A DNA stretch of 64,000 nucleotides from Candidatus Komeilibacteria bacterium (GTDB lineage: Bacteria > Patescibacteriota > Patescibacteriia > UBA1558 > 2-01-FULL-52-15): the NCBI GenBank assembly GCA_043801745.1, contig JAZDLR010000016.1:70331-134330 (forward strand), given 5' to 3'. The notes under the pieces were generated by a model that saw only the letters and a list, made by a program, of their open reading frames with translations, searched no databases and was not told where the DNA came from. Shown here in pieces: positions 50,232 to 60,600 of the stretch. The position numbers and the translations under genes were made by a program. Within the stretch, counting starts at the first letter, position 1, and every line of letters begins with the position of its first letter.

Positions 50232-51536
50232 CTAAGCGGTGGTCTCAATTTTTGCCAAAACATCTTGATAAAAATCTTTGGCAATTGATCCTTGGCCGGT
50301 TTCTACCAGTCCACCGCCTTCAGTTTTAGCATAGCAAGGCTGCGTTAAAGACATGGTTCCGTCCTCGGCCAGTTTCTTTCTTTTCTTATAGCCCAGACTG
50401 CGTGTCCAAACGTCTTTCATATCAGCTGTTCTAATATCGTCACAGTATCTGAAGAGAAAACTTTCATTACCGGGGCAGGCTTGAACCCGGCCATCCTTAC
50501 GGATAAACATGCCGCTAATGAATTGATTACAGGCATAGCCGGCATAAGGAGAAACGCCCTCTTTTTTAATATCATCCAGGGTCATGATTTTATTAGCTAT
50601 CAGCCACTGGTAAACTGCGGCATATAAATCAACCAATTGTCTTTCTTTAAAATCCGGATCAGTTACTTCGGGCATTTCTAGTCCTTTGCCGCTGACCATA
50701 GTCGGGGCTAGAATAACAGGAATGTTTCGTTTGGCTCCCCAGATATATATTTTTAACGCCTCAGCAATATTGTCGCGCATGACAGGAGCACAAATTAGAG
50801 CCAGTTTCTGCAAATTGATATCTTTATTGATGCCGGCAGCCATAATATTCTCCAGCCCGGCGTTTCTTTTTTGACTGAAATTTTCAATTTTTGATCCGAT
50901 GCGTGCGTGTTCAGTTTCGGGATCGGCTGAGGTAAAACCCACGAGTAAGCGCACGTTATTATAAGTAGTAATTTTATTACATAATTCTTTAGCAGTCAGG
51001 CCGAAGTTTTTTTGCGCTAATTCATCATCTCCTAAAATAATGCCCTTGGTAAAGATGCAGATTTTTACATTTTCCTGCTCGAAAAAGTCCAGTATCTCGA
51101 ATAGTTGCGGATTGTGCATGAGCTCTCCTGGCCCTAAGAATTTGACGCTCTCTAGTCCCAATTCCTTAGCCTTGTTCACGACATCCTTTACCTCTTCAAA
51201 GGTCATAAGCGGATTATTAGTATCGGTGCGGCATTCAAAACAATGTTTACAGCCAATATCACATTTATATTCTGTTTCAGCCCGTTCACTGATTGTATTT
51301 AGCGGGCCCTCATTAACCTTTTCTACATATTCAGCATCGCTAATGCTTAAATCCAGTGTCAGTAGTTTATAGGTACCGTCGTTAGTTTTTTCTTTCATTT
51401 TGTCAACAGAAAAAGACCAGCCAACTACCCAGGGCCGGTAACCTGGGGGAAAGGATTCCGGAAAGGCCTCGGGAATATTGGGGAAAATAGCTTTTTTCTC
51501 TTCTTGGTGAGATTGAGCCAATTCAATGTTGTCCAT
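50232..51536 (-). CDS. radical SAM protein with C-terminal SPASM/twitch-like region
   Basis: CDIGCKHC (CxxxCxxC); GPGE; C...DGRVQAC. Confidence 0.88.
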   Translation of the reverse strand: MDNIELAQSHQEEKKAIFPNIPEAFPESFPPGYRPWVVGWSFSVDKMKEKTNDGTYKLLTLDLSISDAEYVEKVNEGPLNTISERAETEYKCDIGCKHCFECRTDTNNPLMTFEEVKDVVNKAKELGLESVKFLGPGELMHNPQLFEILDFFEQENVKICIFTKGIILGDDELAQKNFGLTAKELCNKITTYNNVRLLVGFTSADPETEHARIGSKIENFSQKRNAGLENIMAAGINKDINLQKLALICAPVMRDNIAEALKIYIWGAKRNIPVILAPTMVSGKGLEMPEVTDPDFKERQLVDLYAAVYQWLIANKIMTLDDIKKEGVSPYAGYACNQFISGMFIRKDGRVQACPGNESFLFRYCDDIRTADMKDVWTRSLGYKKRKKLAEDGTMSLTQPCYAKTEGGGLVETGQGSIAKDFYQDVLAKIETTA

Positions 51537-51690
51537 ATGGAGAGAATTTTATCATATTTTTGAGCAAATGAATAAACGTTATCAGAAATGAACTTGATTT
51601 GGAGATTTTTTTGCTTAGTGTTAAGTAGTGTTTTTCTCTTGATAATACGTAATTCTTGTGTTATAGTCGTAGCGCGTTTATCACAAATTC

Positions 51691-51731
51691 GCGCCCTTTC
51701 GCCCATAGGGCGATCCGCCTTTGGCGGAAGC
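51691..51731 (+). pseudogene. tRNA-Arg 5' stub interrupted by a 30-nt double hairpin
   Basis: gcgccctt|tcgcccatagggcga tccgcctttggcgga|agc versus intact gcgcccttagc. Confidence 0.65.
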
Positions 51732-51782
51732 GACTTTCGCAGATGGGCCAATAGAAAATGGAGATTATTGTCATCCTATCAT

Positions 51783-51859
51783 GCGCCCTTAGCTCAGCGG
51801 ATTAGAGCGCTTGGCTTCGGACCAAGAGGTCGGGGGTTCGAGTCCCTCAGGGCGCGCCA
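51783..51859 (+). tRNA. tRNA-Arg(TCG)
   Basis: Loop CTTCGGA; CCA. Confidence 0.96.
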
Positions 51860-51898
51860 TCAGCCAAAGGCTGGCCAAAGGCTGATAATTTATCGCAT

Positions 51899-52148
51899 GG
51901 GTCGTTAGCTCAGCTGGTAGACCTGCCCGCCGCTCGCCAATTGTTATTTAAAAAACTTGTTTTTATTAAATATGGGTCCATAGCTCAGCCTGGTAGAGCA
52001 GTTGCCTCTTAAGCAAACGGTCGTAGGTTCGAATCCTACTGGACCCACCATTATCACTAGTTGTCATGCGTCTCAAGCGAGCTATGGCAGGCGGGGCAGT
52101 TGCCTCTTAAGCAAACGGTCGCAGGTTCGAATCCTGCACGACCCACCA
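51899..52148 (+). tRNA. outer split tRNA-Lys(CTT): pieces 51899-51921 and 52096-52148 join into a complete 76-nt tRNA
   Basis: Acceptor GGGTCGT/ACGACCC and T stem GCAGG/CCTGC pair perfectly across a 174-nt insert; function unknown. Confidence 0.7.
51974..52050 (+). tRNA. tRNA-Lys(CTT), intact, nested in the split outer copy
   Basis: Full cloverleaf; loop CTCTTAA; CCA. Confidence 0.96.
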
Positions 52149-52175
52149 AAAAAATCCCTCTCGGGACTTTTTTAA

Positions 52176-53132
52176 TTAGGAGCGGAAAGGGTCAATATAG
52201 GGCCGCTTCAATTGTTGCTTATTACGTTCCCATTCTTCTTGTTTTAATTCTTCTAAGACGGGCCCAATCTGTTCGCTGATAGCCTGCAATAAAATTTGAT
52301 TGTTAAGAGAAAAATGATGGCCATTATCTTTTTCCGCAATTAGCAAACAACCGGTTATTTCTAGTTGATGTTTGATAGGACAGAGAAGCATGTCTTGGCT
52401 GGCGTATTTGGCAGTAGAAAATTTCTTTTCCCAATTTTGGGGCGTGATAATTGCCGGTTTACCGGTATTGTAAACTAAACTCATAACAGTATCACTCATT
52501 AGGCTGCTAAATTCAGGAGTCAGGGAATTGCGGTAGCCTAAAGTTTTTTCAATTCGGATACGTTTCGTCAACGGTTCGAAAGAAGCCAGTAAAACTTTTT
52601 TAACACGGAAGAGTTTTTTTAGATCAGCCAGCAGAGCCTCAATCAGGGCTGGACGGTTATGATAACTGGAAGCCAGCTTACTGAGAGCGAAAAGCGTTAG
52701 AAGTTTATGATTGGTCCGGCTTAAGCGCTCATTGAGCATGCGAATGAAATAGAGCTGGGCTGCTTGAGCAGCCGCTGGGTGATCTTGAAAGACCTTAAGC
52801 AGTTGATAAAGTGACAATTCTATAACAGTAGTATTGGGGTAGAGCGCCCGGGCAGTGTGAGTATGATTAGTACCGGGAGCATAAATGCTGGTCTCACCGA
52901 CGACATCATAGGGCTGGAAAACTGCCAGCGGCTCTGCCTGGCCTAAAATATTTTGTTCGATCAGAACTGCCCCGGTATTAACCAGATAGACTTTATCCCG
53001 TTTGGACCCCTCCCGGAACAATATCTCGTTTTCATTAAGGGTCAGTGTTTTGACAAAACTAGCCAGCTGTTTACTGGCAGTTTTACTAAAAGACCGGAAA
53101 AAGGGAATTTTTTGTAGCTCCGATACGAGCAT
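52176..53132 (-). CDS. cyclic-nucleotide-binding plus GAF domain protein
   Basis: LQKIPFF, LFREG...VYLV..GAV, VGE; C-terminal GAF-like F...Q.LL.AI. Confidence 0.82.
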   Translation of the reverse strand: MLVSELQKIPFFRSFSKTASKQLASFVKTLTLNENEILFREGSKRDKVYLVNTGAVLIEQNILGQAEPLAVFQPYDVVGETSIYAPGTNHTHTARALYPNTTVIELSLYQLLKVFQDHPAAAQAAQLYFIRMLNERLSRTNHKLLTLFALSKLASSYHNRPALIEALLADLKKLFRVKKVLLASFEPLTKRIRIEKTLGYRNSLTPEFSSLMSDTVMSLVYNTGKPAIITPQNWEKKFSTAKYASQDMLLCPIKHQLEITGCLLIAEKDNGHHFSLNNQILLQAISEQIGPVLEELKQEEWERNKQQLKRPYIDPFRS

Positions 53133-53134
53133 AA

Positions 53135-54160
53135 TTATTCGGTGGAATAGGCCATGGCAGTCGGTTCATCAATGAGGCCCTGCTCTAAAAGCATGCGTAA
53201 ATGTTGATCCATGGTTATCATGCCCAGGTCAGCTGAAGTCTGAATAATAGTTCTAATTTGAGGAATTTTGTTTTCCCGGATTAAGTTAGCAATAGCAGCG
53301 TTATTAACCAGAATTTCTCTGGTAGCTACACGACCGCCACCTTTACGAGGTAACAACTTTTGCGAAATAATACCTGATAAAGATACTGATAATTGTAGGC
53401 GGACTTGGGCTTGTTGGTGTGGTGGAAAGACGTCAATAATACGGTCAATAGTTTGAGCAGCATTATGAGTGTGTAAAGTTGCCAGCACCAAGTGTCCGGT
53501 TTCAGCTAGGGTAATGGTTGCGGCAATGGTTTCTAGGTCGCGCATTTCTCCGACCATAATAACGTTGGGATCCTGACGCAGAACGTGTTTTAAGGCGCTG
53601 CCAAAGCTAATCATGTCGGTGCCCAGCTGTCGTTGTTTGATGATACTTTTGATCGGTGCGTGAATAAATTCAATCGGATCTTCTAAGGTAATAATGTTGG
53701 CAAAACGAGTATCATTGATGCGTTGAATCATAGCTGCCAAGGTAGTAGATTTGCCGCAGCCGGTAGGTCCGGTAACCAGAATTAAACCTTGTGGTTTACT
53801 AATCATATCCAGGGCCACCGGCGGCATCTCCAGCTCTTCCATGGAAGGAATAACATTGGAAATAACACGGGCGACCATGCCCATATTATCTTTTTCAAAA
53901 TGCAAATTGATGCGGTAGCGGGAGTAGCCCCCTAATTCATAGGAAACGTCTAGTTCCCGTTCTTTGAGAAATTTTTCTTTTTGGGTATCGGTGATGATGC
54001 TTAGTAATAAGGACTCCATGTCGGCCTTTTTGATAACCGGCATGTCAGAAATAATTTTTAATTCACCATCGACACGGAGAATTGGTGGCTTGCCAACTAT
54101 CAGATGCAGATCAGAGGCTTTTCTTTCGCTGGCAATCTTAAATAGCTCATTGATGTTCAT
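53135..54160 (-). CDS. pilT: type IV pilus retraction ATPase PilT
   Basis: ASDLHL, GPTGCGKSTT, EDPIE, LRQDPNVIMVGEMRD, AETGHLVLATLH. Confidence 0.96.
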   Translation of the reverse strand: MNINELFKIASERKASDLHLIVGKPPILRVDGELKIISDMPVIKKADMESLLLSIITDTQKEKFLKERELDVSYELGGYSRYRINLHFEKDNMGMVARVISNVIPSMEELEMPPVALDMISKPQGLILVTGPTGCGKSTTLAAMIQRINDTRFANIITLEDPIEFIHAPIKSIIKQRQLGTDMISFGSALKHVLRQDPNVIMVGEMRDLETIAATITLAETGHLVLATLHTHNAAQTIDRIIDVFPPHQQAQVRLQLSVSLSGIISQKLLPRKGGGRVATREILVNNAAIANLIRENKIPQIRTIIQTSADLGMITMDQHLRMLLEQGLIDEPTAMAYSTE

Positions 54161-54314
54161 GAGCATATTATACAATAGGTTGTGGGTTGTTGGAAGTGGG
54201 TTGTTGGAAGAAAAATCAAGACGGGAGATAAAAAAATCGACCCGAGGTCTCTTACGAGAACACCCGGGTCGGGGCAGGGCGAGAGCCGGTTTCGGTTTAG
54301 CGCCTGAAGCAAGC

Positions 54315-54437
54315 TCAATGCAGTATCCAGTAGAAGAACAAGAATATCAGACCGAACAGAATCACGATTGGGATTGGTCCGTGATTCCACAGTAGGCGAT
54401 TGAAACGGTCGATCACCCAACTCATTGGCTCTATCAT
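54315..54437 (-). CDS. 40-aa single-TM peptide (MIEPMSWVIDRFNRLLW...)
   Basis: AAGGAGAAGG SD; terminator at about 54230-54271. Confidence 0.5.
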   Translation of the reverse strand: MIEPMSWVIDRFNRLLWNHGPIPIVILFGLIFLFFYWILH

Positions 54438-54481
54438 TGTCCTTCTCCTTTGTTTTGAGGGGAACGAAAAACAACTACACT

Positions 54482-55024
54482 TTAGTCCTGACTAGGCAAT
54501 TTGTCTAGCAGCTGATTTTTCGTAGAGGAAGGCTGATAATAACGCGCGAATTCAAAAGAAGCGGCCAAAATTAGAACATAGAACAGATCTCCGGCCAGAG
54601 TCCAGCGGAAAAATGGTATGGCCATTAAGTAACAGTGCCAAAAACCCGACCAATTAGGCGGATAGAGAGAACTAAATAGCCAGACGGAAAAATTAGTAAC
54701 AATGAAGAATATTATGGATGAGCTCAGTGCCAAGGTCAGCCAACTATTAATCTGTGGTTTGACGCGGTAAGAAATTAGATAAATCAAGCCATAGCTGCTG
54801 TAAACAATCAGCATGATTTGCCAGGCATAAAACCCTAAGAGTAAATCGGAAATAATTAGACCGGTCAAAGGTATTAAATAGCGAAAACGGCCGGTAAAAT
54901 ATAAACCGGTAATAATCATGGCAGCGCTGACCGGCGCGAAATTGGCCGGATGCGGACCTAAACGGCAGGCAATAATTAAGCTAATCAGTCCCAGTCCCGC
55001 CAGTATTTGCGGAAATTTATTCAT
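54482..55024 (-). CDS. DUF6580-like putative transporter membrane protein (possible cobalamin S-component)
   Basis: PHPANFAPV, SDLLLGFY, FFIVTNFSVW, CY.MAIPFF. Confidence 0.75.
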   Translation of the reverse strand: MNKFPQILAGLGLISLIIACRLGPHPANFAPVSAAMIITGLYFTGRFRYLIPLTGLIISDLLLGFYAWQIMLIVYSSYGLIYLISYRVKPQINSWLTLALSSSIIFFIVTNFSVWLFSSLYPPNWSGFWHCYLMAIPFFRWTLAGDLFYVLILAASFEFARYYQPSSTKNQLLDKLPSQD

Positions 55025-55028
55025 TAGA

Positions 55029-55463
55029 TTAAAACTGCGAAGTTGAAAAGCGCCATTCAATCACATCATTAGGCCGTAAAATATAAGCATTGGCCGCGGT
55101 TTGCACTTGCTGTTTATTAATCCAATATTGCCAATATTTATTTTGGTCGCCGTTTTTCTTATCCCCGATTTGAGTCACCAGTACACCCATTGAACCATAA
55201 TCTTTAGTCACCCAGTTGAGATTATTTTTTGCAGCCAATTGCTGGGTGACCGTCATTAAATTCTGACCAGCAGTAAAATCCAGGGGTGAAAAAATAACTT
55301 TGCCGGGTTCGGTCTCAATACTAAGAAAGACTTGGGTATCTTTAACGGCAGGAACAGTAGCTAAGTTTGATTGTTGAACAGTTTGCGGTTGGAAACTCTG
55401 GCCAGCCAGAAAACCGGCTAAAAAGATGACGACAACGATCAAGGTATAACGCAGCGTTGGCAT
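55029..55463 (-). CDS. DUF4430 (transcobalamin C-terminal-like) protein
   Basis: YGSMG.LVTQIG, YWQYWIN, D.IEWRF; signal anchor. Confidence 0.8.
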   Translation of the reverse strand: MPTLRYTLIVVVIFLAGFLAGQSFQPQTVQQSNLATVPAVKDTQVFLSIETEPGKVIFSPLDFTAGQNLMTVTQQLAAKNNLNWVTKDYGSMGVLVTQIGDKKNGDQNKYWQYWINKQQVQTAANAYILRPNDVIEWRFSTSQF

Positions 55464-55499
55464 AAAGATTTATGATTTGATAAATTTATTAGATCAATG

Positions 55500-56993
55500 T
55501 TATTGCCGCTCTTTGTAACCGGAGCTTTTAAGGACAATGGAGTTATCGGTATAGATTAAAGCTAGGAGTTGCTTGAAATAACTAACCTGAAGATATCTAT
55601 ACTCTGGTAGGGCCTGGCCGGTTGAATCAAAAAAATAATTGAGATATTCTTTGTTAATTATCATATAGGCGGGTCCGGGTATCTGAACATCACGATCCTT
55701 TTGAAAAGTAACAAACGTGGGTTTTGTTTGGCTATAATAGCGTATAGACTCATGAATTGGCCACTCTATAACATAGAGTGGAATGCCGGTTGTTCCTACT
55801 TTATCCCGATATTTAAGCGAGACCTCTTTTTGTTCATAATGATAAGGCAGGAGCGCGAACTGATAGTAGTGATTAGTATAAATAAGTGTTCCGATTAGTA
55901 AAAACATGACAGAAAAATGTAGCCAGCGCCAACGACTCGTAAATTCGGCACCGATAATCGCTACGGCTATAGCCACGAAAGGAAATATCGGTAAGAGATA
56001 AGTGATGATCTGAGTTTTGGCCAGCGTAAAAATTACTAGAAAAAAGACGATGGTGATTAAACAAGAAATTATTAAGGGGTTGTAATATTTTCTTTTAAAA
56101 ATTAATAGAATGATATAACCGCTAGCCGCAACCAAAAAAATAACCCAGATCGGCTGAGCAAAGTCCCAGAGATATTGAACATAGCCCCAATGATTGTTGG
56201 TAGCTTTTTCAATACCTATGCCCAAGCCTTTAACGGCCCGGTCAAAAACATGATATCCTAGATAATCATTCCAAAAGGCGGTGCCATATTTTAAATGCTG
56301 CACAATGTGCCAAGGGGCGGCGATGACTAAGGCCGGTATGGTTCCGAGCCAGAAATATTTTGACTTCAGCCAACACCATTTTCTATATATCAGGGAAAAA
56401 ATTAAAGTTACGGGAATAATCAGCAAAGCTATGACATCCTTAAATAAGAAACCAATGGCAATCGCCGGCCAAAAACCGAGTAAACTCTTTTTTCTTTCCC
56501 AGCCTTTAATTAGAAAGCAGAGGGCTGCCATCATTGACATCAAGACGCCAGTATCCACACGAATTTCCCTTGAATAATAAAAATACATGGCCGAAAAGAG
56601 TAAAATAAACGCAGCAAAAATAGCATTCTTTAAATTTGATAAGCGCGCAACGATCAGTGCGGTAAATAGCAGAGTTAGAAGGCTAAAAATAGCTGCCGGT
56701 AGACGCATAGCTATCTCATTTTCTCCCAGGGCTGACACGGCCAGGATGGCAGACCAGAAATATAGTGGGGGCTTCTCGAACCAGGGTTGTCCGAAATATT
56801 TTAGCGTACTTATGTCGCCGCTGGTCATAGTATCATGGATGACGCGGGCATAGGTGCCTTCGTCATAGTCTACTAAGGGGAAGCGGTCCAAATTTGTTAG
56901 CAGAAAACAACCGGCTAAAATTAATATAATGCCTAGTGTGACACCCAGTTGATGCTTTTTTAGAAAAGTTCGATAGGAAGACTCAGAATTCAT
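55500..56993 (-). CDS. ArnT/PMT-like glycosyltransferase (GT39/GT83 type)
   Basis: DYDEGTY, FEKPPLYFW, RLPAA; multiple TM. Confidence 0.88.
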   Translation of the reverse strand: MNSESSYRTFLKKHQLGVTLGIILILAGCFLLTNLDRFPLVDYDEGTYARVIHDTMTSGDISTLKYFGQPWFEKPPLYFWSAILAVSALGENEIAMRLPAAIFSLLTLLFTALIVARLSNLKNAIFAAFILLFSAMYFYYSREIRVDTGVLMSMMAALCFLIKGWERKKSLLGFWPAIAIGFLFKDVIALLIIPVTLIFSLIYRKWCWLKSKYFWLGTIPALVIAAPWHIVQHLKYGTAFWNDYLGYHVFDRAVKGLGIGIEKATNNHWGYVQYLWDFAQPIWVIFLVAASGYIILLIFKRKYYNPLIISCLITIVFFLVIFTLAKTQIITYLLPIFPFVAIAVAIIGAEFTSRWRWLHFSVMFLLIGTLIYTNHYYQFALLPYHYEQKEVSLKYRDKVGTTGIPLYVIEWPIHESIRYYSQTKPTFVTFQKDRDVQIPGPAYMIINKEYLNYFFDSTGQALPEYRYLQVSYFKQLLALIYTDNSIVLKSSGYKERQ

Positions 56994-57027
56994 AGTTTTG
57001 TTAAATTGTTTTTATGATTATAGCTTA

Positions 57028-57585
57028 TTAGTATTCAATACCCTGGCGCGCCGGCACGCCTTGATAGAAGTAGTGTTTTAGTTCCTTTATTTCGGTAATT
57101 AGATCAGCTTGAGCCAGGATTTCCTTGGGAGCGTTACGGCCGGTCAGAACCAGCTCAATTTTAACCGGTTTATTTTTTAATAAAGTAACTACCTGATGGG
57201 TGGAGACCAGGCCCAGACCGGCCGCCACATTGATTTCGTCTAGTATTATCAGATCGTAGTTCTTTTTAAAGAGTTCACGAGCCAGATCCAGACCTTTCTG
57301 TCCCTCAATTTTATCTCCAAGGCTGACACCGAAACGAAAAGGCTTACCCGGCCGGAAGCGTTTTAGTCCGGTAACAAAGAAATTTAGTTTAGGTGCCAGT
57401 TGAAGTAAGCTTTTTCTTTCACCATAATTAGCTCCACCCTTGTCAAAGAAAATAATTGCCACCTTTTTCCCGCCGCCTACTGCCCGCAAAGCCAGGCCTA
57501 AAGCGGCGGTGGTTTTGCCTTTACCATTACCAGTGTAGACGTGGATTTGACCACGATTTTTTTTATTTTTGTTGGATTGATTCAT
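57028..57585 (-). CDS. cobO: cob(I)alamin adenosyltransferase (CobO/BtuR type)
   Basis: YTGNGKGKTTAALGLALRA, ILDE, LTGR, KH....G..ARQGIEY. Confidence 0.93.
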   Translation of the reverse strand: MNQSNKNKKNRGQIHVYTGNGKGKTTAALGLALRAVGGGKKVAIIFFDKGGANYGERKSLLQLAPKLNFFVTGLKRFRPGKPFRFGVSLGDKIEGQKGLDLARELFKKNYDLIILDEINVAAGLGLVSTHQVVTLLKNKPVKIELVLTGRNAPKEILAQADLITEIKELKHYFYQGVPARQGIEY

Positions 57586-57645
57586 ATGATTTTGGTAGCG
57601 ACACACAATTGTGTGTCGCTACAGATTACCCGGCGACGGCAAGGG

Positions 57646-60600
57646 CTAGCTACAGCCGGTGGTTTCGCCGCAATCAGCGCACAGCAGACAAGAGCCGTTA
57701 CGCTTCATTTTCATACTACCACAGGAACCGCATTGATCGCCGGTAAAGCCCTGTTGTCGGGCCGCATCTTTAACATCCAGGTCGGCCACTTTCTTATGTT
57801 CGCTATGTCCATTAGTTTGGAGGGTTACTGTCGTATGGCTTAAATCCATAGGCAGAGTTGGCTGCGGATCCTCGGGTTTATTTTGTACTAGATCAATCCG
57901 GTTGAGATACTCGAAGCCCAGAAGCCGGAAAACATAATCCATGATGGAAGTGGCCATTTTGATGTTAGGGTGACCTTGAATAACGCCGGCCGGTTCAAAC
58001 TTAGTATAGGTAAAGGTATCAACGTATTCTTCCAGCGGAATACCATATTGCAGTCCCTTGGAGATGGAAATGGCAAACATATTAACCAAGCTGCGGTAGG
58101 CGGCGCCCTCTTTATACATATCAATGAAAATTTCACCTAAGCGTCCGTCAGGATATTCACCAGTACGGACATAAACTTTATGTCCCCCAACTATTGCTTC
58201 TTGAACAAAGCCCTGGCGTTGATGCGGCAGCTTTTCTTGAACGCCGCGGCCGGCAGCCATTTGCTGAAATTCTTTGGGTCCCACAGTTTCGTCCACATCA
58301 TCGGCCATGGCGAGCTGAAGTAAGGAGCTTTCATCAGTAGTGGAGTTTAGGGGTTGGGAAAGTTTACTGCCGTCGCGGTAAAGAGCCACTGCTTTCAACA
58401 TATGGGTCCAGCTTTTTTCATGCACTGAAGCCACTTCAGCAATCGTAGCTTCATGAGGCATATTAATGGTCTTAGAAATGGCGCCGGACAAGAATGGTTG
58501 GGTAGCGGCCATCATCATAATGTGGGCATCATAAGGAATATAACGGGTACCGCCGGAGCCGCATCTATTGGCGCAGTCAAAAACCAGATAATTTTCCGGT
58601 CGCAGATGAGGCGCGCCTTCTAAAGTCATAGTACCAAAGATATATTCATTGGCTTGCTGAATTTGCTCGGGACTAAAACCTAAATGCTGCAAAACATTAA
58701 GTTTGGGATCAGTAATTTCTGCCGGAGTGAAGCCTAAGCGCAGTAGTGTTTGTTCGCCCAGGATACTGGCATTAAAAACAAAAGATAAATTCATGGCTGA
58801 AGCTAGAGCGGTCTCGATGTTAGCCAGATCTTTGTCGCTAAAGCCTAAATTGTTCAGGGATTCATTATTGATGTGAGGACTATTTTTTAGACTATTATGT
58901 CCTAAAGCATAAGTTTCAATTTCTTTGATCTGTTCCGGATTATAATTAAGACGCTTTAAGCCCTTGTGTACGCTACGGTTGATAATTTTCAGGTATCCGC
59001 CGCCGGCCAGTTTTTTATATTTAACAATGGCAAAGTCAGGCTCAATGCCGGTGGTATCGCAATCCATCACCAATCCGATGGTACCGGTGGGAGCGATTAG
59101 AGTTGTTTGAGCATTACGATAACCGTGGACTTCGCCCAAAGCTATAGCGCGGTCCCAACACTCCCGGGCCGCAGCAATCAGATCTCCGGGCGTATATTTT
59201 GGATCCAAGCCCAGCGGTTTGACCGTGAGATTTTCGTATTCTTGCGGCGTGGCATTGTAAGCGGCCCGGCGGTGGTTGCGCAAAACTTGTAACATGGTTT
59301 CGCGGTTAGCCGGGAAGCGCTCGAAGGGTCCGAGAACCGCGGCCATTTCCGCTGAAGTCGCGTAGGCTTCGCCGCTCATGATGGCAGTTATTGCCCCGGC
59401 AATATTACGAGCTGGCGAACTGTCATAAGGAATGCCCAGGGTCATTAAAATAGTACCTAAGTTGGCATAGCCTAAGCCGAGAGTGCGGTAGAGGTAGCTG
59501 TTCCAGGCCATTTGTTTGGACGGAAACTGAGCCATAAGAACGGAAATTTCTAAGGTGATAGTCCAGAGACGGACAGCATGCTGAAATTTTTCAATTTGAA
59601 ATTGTCCGCTGTCTTCATCCAGAAAATGCGCCAAATTGATGGAAGCTAAATTGCAGGCCGTATCGTCTAGAAACATGTATTCCGAGCAGGGATTAGAAGC
59701 GGTGATGGGTCCATCGTTGCTGCAAGTATGCCATTCATTGGCGGTGTCGTGAAATTGTAGGCCAGGATCAGCACAGGACCAAGCAGAATAATTTATTTTA
59801 TCCCACAATTGTTGGGCCGGTATAGTTTTGGCTACTTGTCCATCAGTGCGCCTAATTAATTTCCAATCTTTACCTTGGGCCACGGCTTGCATAAATTCGT
59901 TGGTCAACCGCACCGAATTGTTGGAATTTTGTCCGGCTACGGAAGAATAAGCCTCACCTTCAAAGTGAGTATCCTGTATGGGGTAAGAAAGAGAGGAATA
60001 ACCCTGATCGATTAGTCGTAGAACCCGTTCAATATAATTAAGTGGTGCGCCGGCAATGATAGCAGCGTGGATGGCCCGTTTAACTTTGGTACTTTTAGTC
60101 CAATCAGTAGTTTTCTCGGCAATGGCTGTAGTCATAATGTCATTGAGCTGGCGAGAATTAATTTGACTACCGGTTACTAAAGAGGCGACTTTCTGTTCCT
60201 CCTTCATTTTCCACTCAATAAATTCTTCTATATCGGGGTGGTCAATATCGACAACCACCATTTTAGCCGCGCGTCTGGTCGTGCCGCCGCTTTTGACAGC
60301 GCCGGCTGCCCGGTCAAAGATTCGCAAGAAGGACATTAGGCCCGAGGAGCGGCCACCGCCGGAAAGTTTTTCTTGAGCACCACGTAAGCTGGAAAAATTT
60401 GAGCCTGTACCTGAGCCATATTTAAAAAGTCTGGCTTCGCGCAAAACCAGATCGAAGATGCCGCCTTCATTAACCAGGTCATCGTTTAAAGATTGAATAA
60501 AACAGGCGTGCGGTTGGGGATGAGTATAAGCGTCGGCTGATTGGTTCAGATCGCGGGTTAGAGGATCAACAAAATAATGACCTTGTGGTGTGCCGGTTAT

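Noticed and set aside
46854-52148. Prophage or ICE att sites as the explanation for the tRNA duplicates
   Set aside because: No integrase in the window. The fragments lie within about 100 nt of the intact genes, include 5' pieces and are internally interrupted.
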